The notes beneath the pieces were generated by a model, which ran no database searches, was not told the DNA's origin, and saw only the letters and a list, made by a program, of their open reading frames with translations. Positions 1-8,552 of a stretch of DNA of 16,853 nt are shown piece by piece; position 1 is the first letter of the stretch; each line of letters begins with the position of its first letter. This stretch comes from Armatimonadota bacterium. GTDB lineage: Bacteria; Armatimonadota; Armatimonadia; Armatimonadales; Armatimonadaceae. The stretch lies in NCBI GenBank assembly GCA_043754515.1, contig JAYUUO010000044.1:1-16853 (forward strand), in the 5' to 3' direction. The translations under genes and the position numbers were made by a program.

Positions 1-50
1 TGATGAAATATGATGATCTGGTGGGTATCGAGTGGGAGTGGCAATCCATT
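1..50 (+). mobile_element. Truncated IS5-family transposase fragment running in from the window edge
   Basis: The frame starting at nt 3 reads MKYDDLVGIEWEWQSI. This resembles the remembered IS5-family segment 'YDELxGIDWEW(Q/L)SxDG' just before the first catalytic Asp. Similarity stops at nt 50 (QIKQ instead of DG) and the frame ends at TGA 105-107. Confidence 0.55.
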
Positions 51-532
51 CAGATAAAACAAGTTTTGTCCTGCGACGGTTGCAAGGTAGAATCGCCGCC
101 CTCGTGAATGACGCGCCGTCTACGGGAGCGGGGGACGACAGGACCTACCTCGACGACATTGATTATTATCTTTTCGAAGTCATAGCCCGCATCCCCTTCG
201 ACATTGAGTTCGTCACCCCGGACGACGTTCTGTTGTCGAGGTATATAGGGGACATGGGCGCGCGGATACAGTCCCTCATCAAGGCGGCCCAGATGTGTGC
301 GGAAGTGAAATGCGGCCGTATCTTCGACTACATCTTGTTCACCCTGGATGCGTACTGGGGCGGGATCTTTTACGACTCGTTCGCCTCCGAATGCGCCGAA
401 GTCGCCACCGGATCCGGGAGCGAGGAGTACGCCGTGAAGTTTCTGAGGAGGATCACCAATCCGAACCTGCGACGCAACTCGGTGATGCAACAGTCTATGC
501 GTTTTACCAGTCGGTTGGGGGGGATTGGTTGA
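32..532 (+). CDS. Hypothetical protein, probably 5'-truncated
   Basis: 166-codon ORF with protein-like composition. The GTG start lies inside the IS-like stub and has no RBS. No family recognised. Confidence 0.45.
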   Translation: MGVAIHSDKTSFVLRRLQGRIAALVNDAPSTGAGDDRTYLDDIDYYLFEVIARIPFDIEFVTPDDVLLSRYIGDMGARIQSLIKAAQMCAEVKCGRIFDYILFTLDAYWGGIFYDSFASECAEVATGSGSEEYAVKFLRRITNPNLRRNSVMQQSMRFTSRLGGIG

Positions 533-595
533 TGCTTCATCCTCTTCTGTTCGCGAAGGTGGATTGGCGATGATCATGTGCAAACCGGCATCCCT

Positions 596-649
596 GGTCC
601 TGCCGCTTTTACCTGATGGGAATCATCGGGTGACAGGCAAGACCTTTAT
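596..649. terminator. Long imperfect hairpin between convergent ORFs
   Basis: Arms GGTCCTGCC (596-604)/GGCAAGACC (636-644) enclose ACCTGATG (611-618)/CATCGGGT (624-631), followed by TTTAT. Confidence 0.45.
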
Positions 650-664
650 CAGGAACCGACGCGC

Positions 665-880
665 TCAGTCGTGTTTCGTACTTAGTTGCTTGTAGAGGGC
701 GAGCGACATACCGCCGAAGAATATCGTAAACCCGAGGCACGTGATCTTCTGTGGTTTCGATAGTAGATCCGGCAGGAAAGGAAGCGTTCCGGCAATAAGT
801 CTACACAGGAGCATCCCCACAAAGAGAGCCTTGATTTCTCTGTCACTTACCTGCCTCCCGCGTCCTGGTTTCGGCCACAT
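665..880 (-). CDS. Small hypothetical membrane protein (about 2 TM segments)
   Basis: Two hydrophobic stretches (ALFVGMLLCRLIAGTLPFL and ITCLGFTIFFGGMSLALY) followed by a basic tail. Start uncertain. Confidence 0.35.
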   Translation of the reverse strand: MWPKPGRGRQVSDREIKALFVGMLLCRLIAGTLPFLPDLLSKPQKITCLGFTIFFGGMSLALYKQLSTKHD

Positions 881-945
881 ATTTGTTTGTCAGATCGCGG
901 GGGGCGTGTCCTGAGATCGGCCTATATGTTGTCATTCTGACGTCG

Positions 946-1191
946 TCACAGGTATCTCAATAGCGAACCCATCGCAAAAATAATGATTCCGCTCCGCCTG
1001 ATCATCAGGACGCGGGGCGAAACCGGGAGTGATGAAGGAATACCCATCCCTACAATGAACATTACCGCGTCCAAGCATGGAAGCGAGAGGGCGATCTTCG
1101 GTCGTATGTTGTTTGACATTTGAGCTACTCTACTACGAAACGGTTCTTGCCGGTACTTTCCCCGCAGGGTGGTCAATCTCAGAACACACAT
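946..1191 (-). CDS. Possible small hydrophobic protein
   Basis: Hydrophobic segments LDAVMFIVGMGIP and GIIIFAMGSLL. The start may be the internal MSNN. Weak support. Confidence 0.25.
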   Translation of the reverse strand: MCVLRLTTLRGKYRQEPFRSRVAQMSNNIRPKIALSLPCLDAVMFIVGMGIPSSLPVSPRVLMIRRSGIIIFAMGSLLRYL

Positions 1192-1275
1192 CAGTCGCTA
1201 TCCGAAAGGTGAGTAAAAGTCTCTGATCACCAGGGTATCAACGTCGGTGTACTTCCAGACGAACCGCGCATCGGG

Positions 1276-1281
1276 TACTAT
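1276..1281 (+). promoter_or_regulatory. -10 box (TACTAT), leaderless-type promoter of the GH16 gene
   Basis: GGG-TACTAT lies 7 nt before ATG 1289, with no SD sequence in between. Confidence 0.55.
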
Positions 1282-1288
1282 AGGCATC

Positions 1289-2047
1289 ATGCCAACAACT
1301 ATACCGCCGTTCCCGTCCGGGTGGAAGCTTATCTGGGCCGATGAGTTTAACTATCGCGGCGCGCCCAACCCCGCTAAATGGAACTTTGAGATGGGTAGCG
1401 TCCGCAACCATGAGGCGCAGATGTATACCGCCCGCCCGGAGAACGCCCGCGTCGAGGGCGGGAAACTGGTGATCGAGGCGCGCCGCGAACCGTTCCAGGG
1501 TATGGAGTACACGTCGTCGAGCATGACGACGAAGGGGAAGTTCGCCTTCCAGTACGGACGTGTCGAGGCGCGGGCACGTATACCGGGGGCGCGCGGCACG
1601 TGGCCCGCTATCTGGACGCTCGGCGAGAATATTGATACGGTCGGCTGGCCTCGGTGCGGGGAGATTGACATCATGGAGCATGTCGGGTTCGACCCGGGCG
1701 TTATCCACGCGACTCTGCACCAGGGCGACGCGTCTGGCAAACACTGGTCGAAGGGCGGTGGCGTTACCATCCCCGGCGCGATGCACGGGTTCCACGTCTA
1801 CGCCGTGGAGTGGCACCCCGACCGCCTCGACTTCTTCGTTGACAACCGTAAATACTGGACCTACAGCCGCACTGACGCGGAGCCGTGGACGTTCGACCGG
1901 CGACACTTCCTGCTCGTCAATCTGGCCGTCGGCGGCGACTGGGGCGGGATGCGCGGCATTGACGCGGTGGCGTTCCCGCAGACGTATCTCCTGGACTACA
2001 TCCGGGTCTACCAGCCGGCGGCGTATCGCGAGCCTGTGCGGGGCTAG
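1289..2047 (+). CDS. Glycoside hydrolase family 16 (laminarinase/beta-glucanase-like)
   Basis: Motifs WKLIWADEF, GTWPAIW, WPRCGEIDIME (catalytic ExDxxE), FHVYAVEW, NLAVGGDWGG and DYIRVYQ. ATG 1289 preferred over GTG 1247. No signal peptide seen. Confidence 0.95.
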   Translation: MPTTIPPFPSGWKLIWADEFNYRGAPNPAKWNFEMGSVRNHEAQMYTARPENARVEGGKLVIEARREPFQGMEYTSSSMTTKGKFAFQYGRVEARARIPGARGTWPAIWTLGENIDTVGWPRCGEIDIMEHVGFDPGVIHATLHQGDASGKHWSKGGGVTIPGAMHGFHVYAVEWHPDRLDFFVDNRKYWTYSRTDAEPWTFDRRHFLLVNLAVGGDWGGMRGIDAVAFPQTYLLDYIRVYQPAAYREPVRG

Positions 2048-2098
2048 GCGGCGCGGGCGGTCGGCGGGCCGTTCCCACCGTCAGCCGACCGCGCCGCC
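2047..2098 (+). terminator. GC-rich hairpin directly after the GH16 stop codon
   Basis: GGCGGCGCGG(GCGG bulge)TCGGC pairs with GCCGACCGCGCCGCC. No U-tract. Confidence 0.45.
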
Positions 2099-2180
2099 GC
2101 CAGAGCAACCAATCTGCGATGCGATCGCGTTACGTCATTCTGTCATTCGCCACCACACGACGCCGGGTTTCAGGACGCGA

Positions 2181-2186
2181 TACAAT
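2181..2186 (+). promoter_or_regulatory. -10 box (TACAAT), leaderless-type promoter of nadB
   Basis: TACAAT lies 8 nt before ATG 2195, with no SD sequence. Confidence 0.55.
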
Positions 2187-2194
2187 AACTCGCT

Positions 2195-3898
2195 ATGGCG
2201 ACCGCAACATCTAACGCAGCGGAGACGAAACTCCCGCGAACCGCAAACCTCACGACCAACGCTTCCGACGACACGTGCCTCACCTACGACTATCTGGTAC
2301 TCGGCTCGGGTATCGCCGGGCTGACCTTCGCCCTGAAAGCCGCGGCACTGGGCACAGTCGCCGTGATCACGAAAAAAGACCGCGCCGACTCCAACACGAA
2401 CTGGGCGCAGGGCGGCATCGCGGGCGTGATGGCTCCCGACGATTCGTTCGACCTGCACATTGAGGACACCCTGATCGCGGGTGCCGGACTGTGCCACGAA
2501 GACGCCGTTTCGGTGCTGGTACACGAGGGTCCCGAGCGCATCCGCGAACTGATCGAGTATGGCACGCACTTCAACACGGAGAAAGGCCCGGACGGGGTCG
2601 AGAAGATTGCCCTGACCCGCGAGGGGGGACACTCGCGGCGGCGGATCGCGTTCAACGCTGACTTGACCGGGCGCGAAATCGAGCGGGCACTAGTGGCCGA
2701 GCTGAACGCGCACCCGAACATCGCCGTCTACGAGCATCACGCCGGGATTGACTTCGCGAAGTCGCCGGAGAGCGAGAACATGGTGGCGGGCATCTACGTG
2801 CTCGACACGTCGGGCGGTGAGATCGTGACATTCCTGGCGAACCGGGCGGTGGTGCTGGCGACGGGCGGGTGCGGGAACGTTTATACGCACACCACGAACC
2901 CGCCGCTCGCCACGGGCGACGGCATGGCGATGGCGTTCCGCGCCGGCGCGACCGTCGGCAATATGGAGTTCATTCAGTTCCACCCGACCACGCTGTACCA
3001 TCCCGGCGCACGGTCGTTCCTGATCTCCGAGGCGGTGCGCGGCGAAGGCGGCACGTTGCGTGACAAGGACGGACGGGCGTTCATGGAGGACTACGACGCG
3101 CGGGGGAATCTGGCCCCGCGCGACATCGTCGCCCGCGCCATTGACTCCGAGATGAAGAAGCAGAACGCGCCCTGCATGTTCCTGGACGTGACGGGGCTGG
3201 ACGCGGAGGAGATCCGCCACCGGTTCCCCAACATCTACGCGCGGTGCCTTTCGTACGGCATTGACATGACCACCGAGCCGATCCCCGTCGTGCCCGCTGC
3301 GCACTACGCGTGCGGCGGCGTGATCACGGATCTGGACGGCCAGACGAGTTTGCCGCGCCTGTTCGCGTCGGGCGAGGTCACCTGCACGGGGGTTCACGGG
3401 GCGAACCGGTTGGCGTCCAACTCGCTCGTGGAAGGGCTGGTGTTCTCCAACCGCGCCTTCGAGTTTTTGGAGGAGTTTGGGGACACCCTGCCGACCGTGG
3501 ATTGCGCCCAAGTCGAGCCGTTCCGCCCGTACCGGGGCCGCGTGCAGATCGCCGATACACAGGCACTTAAAGGCAGAATCCAGACCGCTATGGCACGCTT
3601 CGTCGGCATCGTGCGCTCCGACAAGCGGCTCGCGCAGGCGTCCGCCGCGATCAACGTCATCGCCGAGGAGGTGGAGATGCTGTACGCGACATGCCGCCCG
3701 ACGGAAGATTTGCTCGAACTACGCAACCTGTGTCTCGTCTCGCAACTGATCATCCGCTCCGCGCAGGAGCGCAAGGAGAGCCGGGGGCTTCACTACACGA
3801 AGGACTACCCCGACACGAAGGAATCCGAGCGGCACGACACCGTGCTCGTCAAGCAGAAGAAGCCGGGGCAGAAGCCGGGCATGGCGATACTCAAGTAA
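2195..3898 (+). CDS. nadB: L-aspartate oxidase
   Basis: FAD motif GSGIAG, plus SNTNWAQGGIA, TREGGHSRRRI, EFIQFHPT, FLISEAVRGEG, LAPRDIVARAI, HYACGG, GVHGANRLASNSL and ESRGLHY. Confidence 0.97.
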   Translation: MATATSNAAETKLPRTANLTTNASDDTCLTYDYLVLGSGIAGLTFALKAAALGTVAVITKKDRADSNTNWAQGGIAGVMAPDDSFDLHIEDTLIAGAGLCHEDAVSVLVHEGPERIRELIEYGTHFNTEKGPDGVEKIALTREGGHSRRRIAFNADLTGREIERALVAELNAHPNIAVYEHHAGIDFAKSPESENMVAGIYVLDTSGGEIVTFLANRAVVLATGGCGNVYTHTTNPPLATGDGMAMAFRAGATVGNMEFIQFHPTTLYHPGARSFLISEAVRGEGGTLRDKDGRAFMEDYDARGNLAPRDIVARAIDSEMKKQNAPCMFLDVTGLDAEEIRHRFPNIYARCLSYGIDMTTEPIPVVPAAHYACGGVITDLDGQTSLPRLFASGEVTCTGVHGANRLASNSLVEGLVFSNRAFEFLEEFGDTLPTVDCAQVEPFRPYRGRVQIADTQALKGRIQTAMARFVGIVRSDKRLAQASAAINVIAEEVEMLYATCRPTEDLLELRNLCLVSQLIIRSAQERKESRGLHYTKDYPDTKESERHDTVLVKQKKPGQKPGMAILK

Positions 3899-3911
3899 GG
3901 AGGCCAGGAAT

Positions 3912-4756
3912 ATGACCGCTGTTCTGACCATTCCGGATGTTCACACGCAGGTTGTGCCACGTCGTACTTCCCCACGCCGTTCCCTCGGTGGGAGCGGCGC
4001 GCCGTCCTCTTCTCGCCAGCCCGGTGGGAAACCCTTGAACTGATTCTCGTGGATCGGGGGGAGAACCGCTTCCCGCGCCTGTCTTTCAACGAGGGCCAGC
4101 TGGTGTTGGTCGGTGACGCCTGGCTAACCTCGCCCTCCGCTAGTTGGGTGCTCAGTTACGAAGGGATCTCCCCGGCGACTTACCGCTCCTTGTGCGATGA
4201 CCGCGAGGATGGTTCGGTCCCACGCCTCACATACGATGGCACGACATTGGAGATGCTTATGCCTTTCGAGGAACACGAATGAATTAACCGCCTCGTCGCC
4301 CTCCCTGTGGGAACGATCACCTTTGCATGGGACATTCCCGTCGAGGACTACGGCTCGAAGACACATCAGCGGGGGAATGCGGAAGGGGGTTTTGAACCCG
4401 ACACTCCTGCTCGACGAGGCTACCGATGGCTCGAACGATCCCAGCCCGTTTCTGGCTATAGAAATGGAAGTCAGCCATTCTTCCGCGAACAAAATGGGCT
4501 TGTACGCGGCGTGGCCTTACCCGGAGGTTTGGCAGATCTGCCTGGACAAGGAGGACGGGATCAGCGCGACTATTTACGTCTTGGAGGGCGAAACTTACTC
4601 GGCGCGTGGGACGAGCGTCGTGCTCCCCGGCTGACCGATCAATTGATCAACGATCTCCTGAAAGCAGGTATCGCTGGCGAGCGAAAATCCATCTGGGTTA
4701 TCCGGATTCAGGAGTGGGCGACGAAAGCTAAAGATATTGCGGGCGAACCGGTCTAG
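3912..4756 (+). pseudogene. Uma2 (DUF820) family PD-(D/E)XK nuclease pseudogene
   Basis: AGGAGG RBS and ATG 3912, then a frameshift within the first ~20 codons. RLTYDGTTLEMLMPFEEHE is followed by in-frame TGA 4280-4282, then YGSKT...GFEPD. A frameshift near 4405 leads to PFLAIEMEVSHSS..KMGLYAA..PEVW..SVVLP, and another near 4630 leads to LTDQL..., ending at TAG 4754-4756. Confidence 0.85.
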
Positions 4757-4778
4757 GTTCGCCCGCGCCGCTTGTCGC

Positions 4779-5618
4779 TTACGCGCCGTGATCCTTAAAC
4801 CAGGCGAGTAGCTTCGCGAAGCCGTCCTTCGCGTCCTTCGCGTTATAGGACGGACGGTAGTCGGCGTTGAAGCCGTGTCCGGCGTCGGGATAAACGATGA
4901 TCTTCGAGCCGCTTTTCCCGGTCGCGAGAGCGGTTCGCATCGCCTCCACATCGGTCTGCGGGATGCCGGTGTCCTTCGCCCCGTACAAGCCGAGTACCGG
5001 CACCGTCAGGGTCGGCGCGATGTCAATCGGGTTCTTCCCCGCGCTGAAGCCCTTCGCGATCATGCCGTACCACGCGCCGCCCGCCTTCACCGCCGGGTTA
5101 TGCGCCGCGTAGAGCCAGACGATCCGCCCGCCCCAGCAGAAGCCGGTAATCGCGAGTTTCGAGGTGTCCGCGACTCTGGTGCTTTTCGCGTGCGCCACGG
5201 TCGCGTCCAGGTCGCTCATCACCTGCTCGTCGGGAACTTTGGAGACCACGTCGCCGATGATCTTGTTGATATCGGTGATCTTCGACACGTCGCCCTGGCG
5301 CGCGTACAACTCCGGCGCGATGGCGTAGTAGCCGCGCTTCGCGAAGCGGCGGCAAACGTCCTTGATATGCTCGTGGACGCCGAATATCTCCTGCACGACC
5401 AGCACGACCGGGAAGTTTTTGCCTTTCGCCGGGTACGCCTGGTACGCGGGAACCTGCACTCCGTCCGGCGCGGCGACCTTCGTCTCGCCCGCGATGAGGC
5501 CGCGCGTGTCGGTAGTGACCACGGCCTCGGCGACGGGCTGGACGGCGAGCGCGAAGCCGGTAGAAAGCCCGGTCACGAGCAGAGCGCGACGGGTAAATGG
5601 ATCAATCGGTTCGTTCAT
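4779..5618 (-). CDS. Dienelactone hydrolase family protein with a Tat-like N-terminus
   Basis: Motifs [17 protein letters not shown] (Cys nucleophile), GLYGAKD and [12 protein letters not shown]-terminal TRRALL precedes a hydrophobic segment. True start is likely ATG 5618, not 5873. Confidence 0.93.
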   Translation of the reverse strand: MNEPIDPFTRRALLVTGLSTGFALAVQPVAEAVVTTDTRGLIAGETKVAAPDGVQVPAYQAYPAKGKNFPVVLVVQEIFGVHEHIKDVCRRFAKRGYYAIAPELYARQGDVSKITDINKIIGDVVSKVPDEQVMSDLDATVAHAKSTRVADTSKLAITGFCWGGRIVWLYAAHNPAVKAGGAWYGMIAKGFSAGKNPIDIAPTLTVPVLGLYGAKDTGIPQTDVEAMRTALATGKSGSKIIVYPDAGHGFNADYRPSYNAKDAKDGFAKLLAWFKDHGA

Positions 5619-5662
5619 AAAGCACTTTCTAGAAGGAAAATAAGAGTCCGCGTGGTATGTGC

Positions 5663-6520
5663 CTACGAGGGCACGCTCGGATCGTCCAGAGTGTACCCGT
5701 TCTCGCGTAGGAACGCCGCCTGTCGCTCGATCCCGCCCCAGGTGTCGTTCGGGTCGGAGGCAACCAGCGTAAACGGCCCCGCGTACGAGGCGCGGGCGAG
5801 GATATCCAGACACAGCCGCCAATCCGTTTCGTCCATCACGCCGCCCGCGTCGAAGCGGCACTTCGCGTGACACGACTCGGCGTAGCGGGCGATCTGTCGC
5901 AGTGAGTCATATTTATCGGGCCGGTGATCCCAGTTGCCGAAGTCGAAGCACAGTCCGACGGCACCGTTCAACTCGTGCATTAAGAAGTTGATCTGCTCCG
6001 GGGCGGAGAGTAGTTCGAACCAGTTTTCGGTCATCACGCGCACACCGTGCAGGTACCCGTCCAGGGCGAGCGCGACGAACCGTTCGCGGGCGAGCGCGAG
6101 GTTCTCCGTGGTCGGCGGCTGTTTACCCGCGATGACCCTAGCGCAGCGCGCCCCGAGCATCCCGGCGACATCGAGCCAGCCGCGCACGAAATCGGTGTCG
6201 CGCTGTCCGTGTTCGGGGTGTGTCAGGTCGCCGTCGTCAATGAGCAGGCTCCACAACTCGATGCCCGACTCGTGGACGGCGGCGCGGAACTCCTCGCGGT
6301 GCGTCGGGTCGGGCGGCAGGTGGAAGTGGCACAACTCCATCGTCCGGATGCCGTGCTTCGCGAGCGCGGCGGGAACATCGAGCAGGTCGAGTTTGCCCGG
6401 CGCGGAACCGATCAGGGGCGCGGTCGGTTGTCCGGGACGCCCAGAGTAGGTCGTGCCGATCAGGGAATGCAGTGCCCAGGTCGAGACGGAGACGCGGGGC
6501 GTGGTTGAAATCGGTGTCAT
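5663..6520 (-). CDS. Sugar phosphate isomerase/epimerase (xylose-isomerase-like TIM barrel)
   Basis: [33 protein letters not shown] and SCHAK match the metal-binding pattern of the AP_endonuc_2 family. Confidence 0.85.
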   Translation of the reverse strand: MTPISTTPRVSVSTWALHSLIGTTYSGRPGQPTAPLIGSAPGKLDLLDVPAALAKHGIRTMELCHFHLPPDPTHREEFRAAVHESGIELWSLLIDDGDLTHPEHGQRDTDFVRGWLDVAGMLGARCARVIAGKQPPTTENLALARERFVALALDGYLHGVRVMTENWFELLSAPEQINFLMHELNGAVGLCFDFGNWDHRPDKYDSLRQIARYAESCHAKCRFDAGGVMDETDWRLCLDILARASYAGPFTLVASDPNDTWGGIERQAAFLRENGYTLDDPSVPS

Positions 6521-6527
6521 GAACGGG

Positions 6528-6533
6528 ATTATA
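6528..6533 (-). promoter_or_regulatory. -10 box (TATAAT), leaderless-type promoter
   Basis: Minus strand reads caggTATAATcccgttcATG, a 7-nt spacer to the start at 6520. Confidence 0.65.
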
Positions 6534-6577
6534 CCTGTTGCGGCGTGTGTCGCGGCGTTCCTGCTCGCTGCGACGGG

Positions 6578-6928
6578 CTACGTCTTGCCCGTCGCCATCG
6601 CCGCGTCCGCGACGAAGAGGAATGGCTTGCCCTTTGTCGTCGGATTCCAGCCTTCCGTCAACGCTTGCCGGATGTACGCCTCGACTGCGGCAGTCGTGAC
6701 ATACACTGGCCGTTTTGCCAACGCTTCTGCAAATTCTTCCGGCTCATTTATGAGAAGCCATATGTCTACGGGCGGTCGAACCGACGTATTGACGAGAAGC
6801 GTTGTGAGGTTCCCCTCTGCCACGGCTTTGACCGCGACTTGTAAATATCCTCCGCAACCGCCAATCTTAAACCGATACGGCACGTCGTCCACGACAATAG
6901 AACGCGAACCTTTCTTCGGCATCGCCAT
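6578..6928 (-). CDS. Conserved hypothetical protein
   Basis: Fills the intergenic gap and has GGGAG upstream. MAMPKKGSRSIVVDDVPYRF...VTTAAVEAYIRQALTEGWNP resembles an uncharacterised small-protein family I recall (MAxPKKGxRxIxVDG..Y.W...ALxxGWxP). Confidence 0.75.
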   Translation of the reverse strand: MAMPKKGSRSIVVDDVPYRFKIGGCGGYLQVAVKAVAEGNLTTLLVNTSVRPPVDIWLLINEPEEFAEALAKRPVYVTTAAVEAYIRQALTEGWNPTTKGKPFLFVADAAMATGKT

Positions 6929-6978
6929 CTGCGTTGGTACTCCCGTTTCTGTATCGCTTGTGAACTGCGGCCGCTAAA

Positions 6979-6993
6979 GGTACACTGATCGTA
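6979..6993. repeat. 15-bp motif GGTACACTGATCGTA, copy 1 (promoter-like)
   Basis: Exact match to 10548-10562. Contains TACACT on + and TACGAT on - (preceded by TGC here). Confidence 0.7.
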
Positions 6994-7051
6994 GCACTTT
7001 GTGAACCTGTTCACAAACTCAAACATTCGCGAGAACGGCACGGAAAAAAGT

Positions 7052-8509
7052 ATGGCATACGCGGGCGGATTCCAGGAGTTCATCAAGCGGCTAGAGTCGG
7101 AAGGCGAGTTAAAGCGCATCCAGACGGCGGTTGATCCGGTGTGCGAGATAACCGAGATCGCCGACCGCATGGTCAAGTCGGGCGGCCCCGCGCTCCTGTT
7201 CGAGAACCCGAAGGGGAGCACGATCCCGGTCGCTATCGGCTGTTTCGCCACCATGAGGCGGATGGCAATGGCTCTCGGCGTGTCCGATGTCGAGGAAATC
7301 GCGAAATCTATCGAGCGGCTGGTGCAACTGCCCGGCAACATGCCGCAAACGTTGCTCGGCAAAGCTGCGCTCCTGCCCGGACTCGCGAAGATCGGCCAGG
7401 ACACCGCTCCGAAAGCGTTCCACGGCTCCGCGCCGTGTCAGGAGGTTGTCCAGACCGGCGACGACGTGAACCTGCTCGCGTTGCCGGTGCTGAAGTGCTG
7501 GCCGCTGGACGGCGGGCGGTTCGTCACCCTGCCGCTCGTGTTCACGAAAGGCGCGGATGGCAAGCGCAATGTCGGCATGTATCGGGTGCAGATTTATGAC
7601 CGGAACACGACCGGGATGCACTGGCAACGGCACAAGGTCGGCTCGCGGCACCACGCCGAGTACGAGGCGCGGGGCGAGAATATCCCGGTGGCAGTGGTGC
7701 TGGGCGGCGATCCCGCGCTGACATACGCCGCGACCGCGCCGCTGCCCGACATGATTGACGAGATGGTGTTCGCCGGCTTTCTGCGTAAGTCACCGGTGCA
7801 GTTGGTGCCCTGCGTCACGCAACCGCTCGAAGTCCCCGCCGACGCCGAGATCGTGCTGGAGGGCTACGTCCCCGCGAACGAGCGACGTACCGAGGGACCG
7901 TTCGGGGATCACACCGGGTTTTACACGCTGGAGGACGAGTACCCCATCTTCCGTGTTACGGCGATCACGCGGCGCAAGAACGCCGTTTATCCCGCGACCA
8001 TCGTCGGGCGACCCCCGATCGAGGATCAGGGGTTCGGCAAAACCACGGAGCGGATTTTCCTGCCGCTGGTGCGTTTATTCGTGCCGGAACTGATTGACTA
8101 TAATCTGCCGGTCGAGGGCGTCTTCCATAACCTGTGTATCGTGAAGATCCGCAAACGCTACCCCGGCCACGCGCAAAAGGTAATGAATGCGATCTGGGGA
8201 CTGGGCCAGATGATGTTCACCAAAATCATCGTGGTCGTGGACGAATGGGTGGATGTGCAGAACCTGAACGAGGTACTCTGGGTGCTGGCGAACAACATTG
8301 ACCCGGAACGCGACACGATGTTCGTTCGCGGCCCGATTGACGTCCTCGATCATGCCTCCCGCGCGGCGGGCTACGGCTCCAAGATGGGCATTGACGCGAC
8401 GCAAAAACTGCCGGAAGAAGGGTTCACCCGCCGCTGGCCTCCGGTTATCGAAATGTCTGAAGAGGTGAAGCAACGGGTGAACGCGATGTGGGACGAACTC
8501 GGGATCTAA
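7052..8509 (+). CDS. UbiD-family (prFMN-dependent) decarboxylase, menaquinone-biosynthesis MqnL-like
   Basis: Motifs GPALLFEN, CWPLDGGRF, NVGMYRVQ, TTGMHWQRHK, EGPFGDHTG, WGLGQMMFTK, LDHAS and GSKMGIDAT. ATG 7052 preferred as start. Confidence 0.93.
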   Translation: MAYAGGFQEFIKRLESEGELKRIQTAVDPVCEITEIADRMVKSGGPALLFENPKGSTIPVAIGCFATMRRMAMALGVSDVEEIAKSIERLVQLPGNMPQTLLGKAALLPGLAKIGQDTAPKAFHGSAPCQEVVQTGDDVNLLALPVLKCWPLDGGRFVTLPLVFTKGADGKRNVGMYRVQIYDRNTTGMHWQRHKVGSRHHAEYEARGENIPVAVVLGGDPALTYAATAPLPDMIDEMVFAGFLRKSPVQLVPCVTQPLEVPADAEIVLEGYVPANERRTEGPFGDHTGFYTLEDEYPIFRVTAITRRKNAVYPATIVGRPPIEDQGFGKTTERIFLPLVRLFVPELIDYNLPVEGVFHNLCIVKIRKRYPGHAQKVMNAIWGLGQMMFTKIIVVVDEWVDVQNLNEVLWVLANNIDPERDTMFVRGPIDVLDHASRAAGYGSKMGIDATQKLPEEGFTRRWPPVIEMSEEVKQRVNAMWDELGI

Positions 8510-8552
8510 ACTGTCGCCATAGTGCGGCGGCTTAGATCCTCATCAGGTCGTT

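Noticed and set aside
2110..2150. GTCATTC direct repeat and CGCGATCGCG-like dyad upstream of nadB as an NAD-regulator site or riboswitch
   Set aside because: Too short, with no convincing match to NrtR/NiaR/NadQ boxes as I recall them. It also lies upstream of the putative leaderless start, so it would not be in the mRNA.
4280..4282. In-frame TGA as selenocysteine or recoded Trp
   Set aside because: The same gene has several frameshifts, and TGA ends other ORFs in the window (fic, 16368 ORF). Simple decay explains it.
5619..5873. N-terminal extension of the dienelactone hydrolase in the ORF track
   Set aside because: It overlaps the epimerase gene, and the Tat-like signal begins right after ATG 5618.
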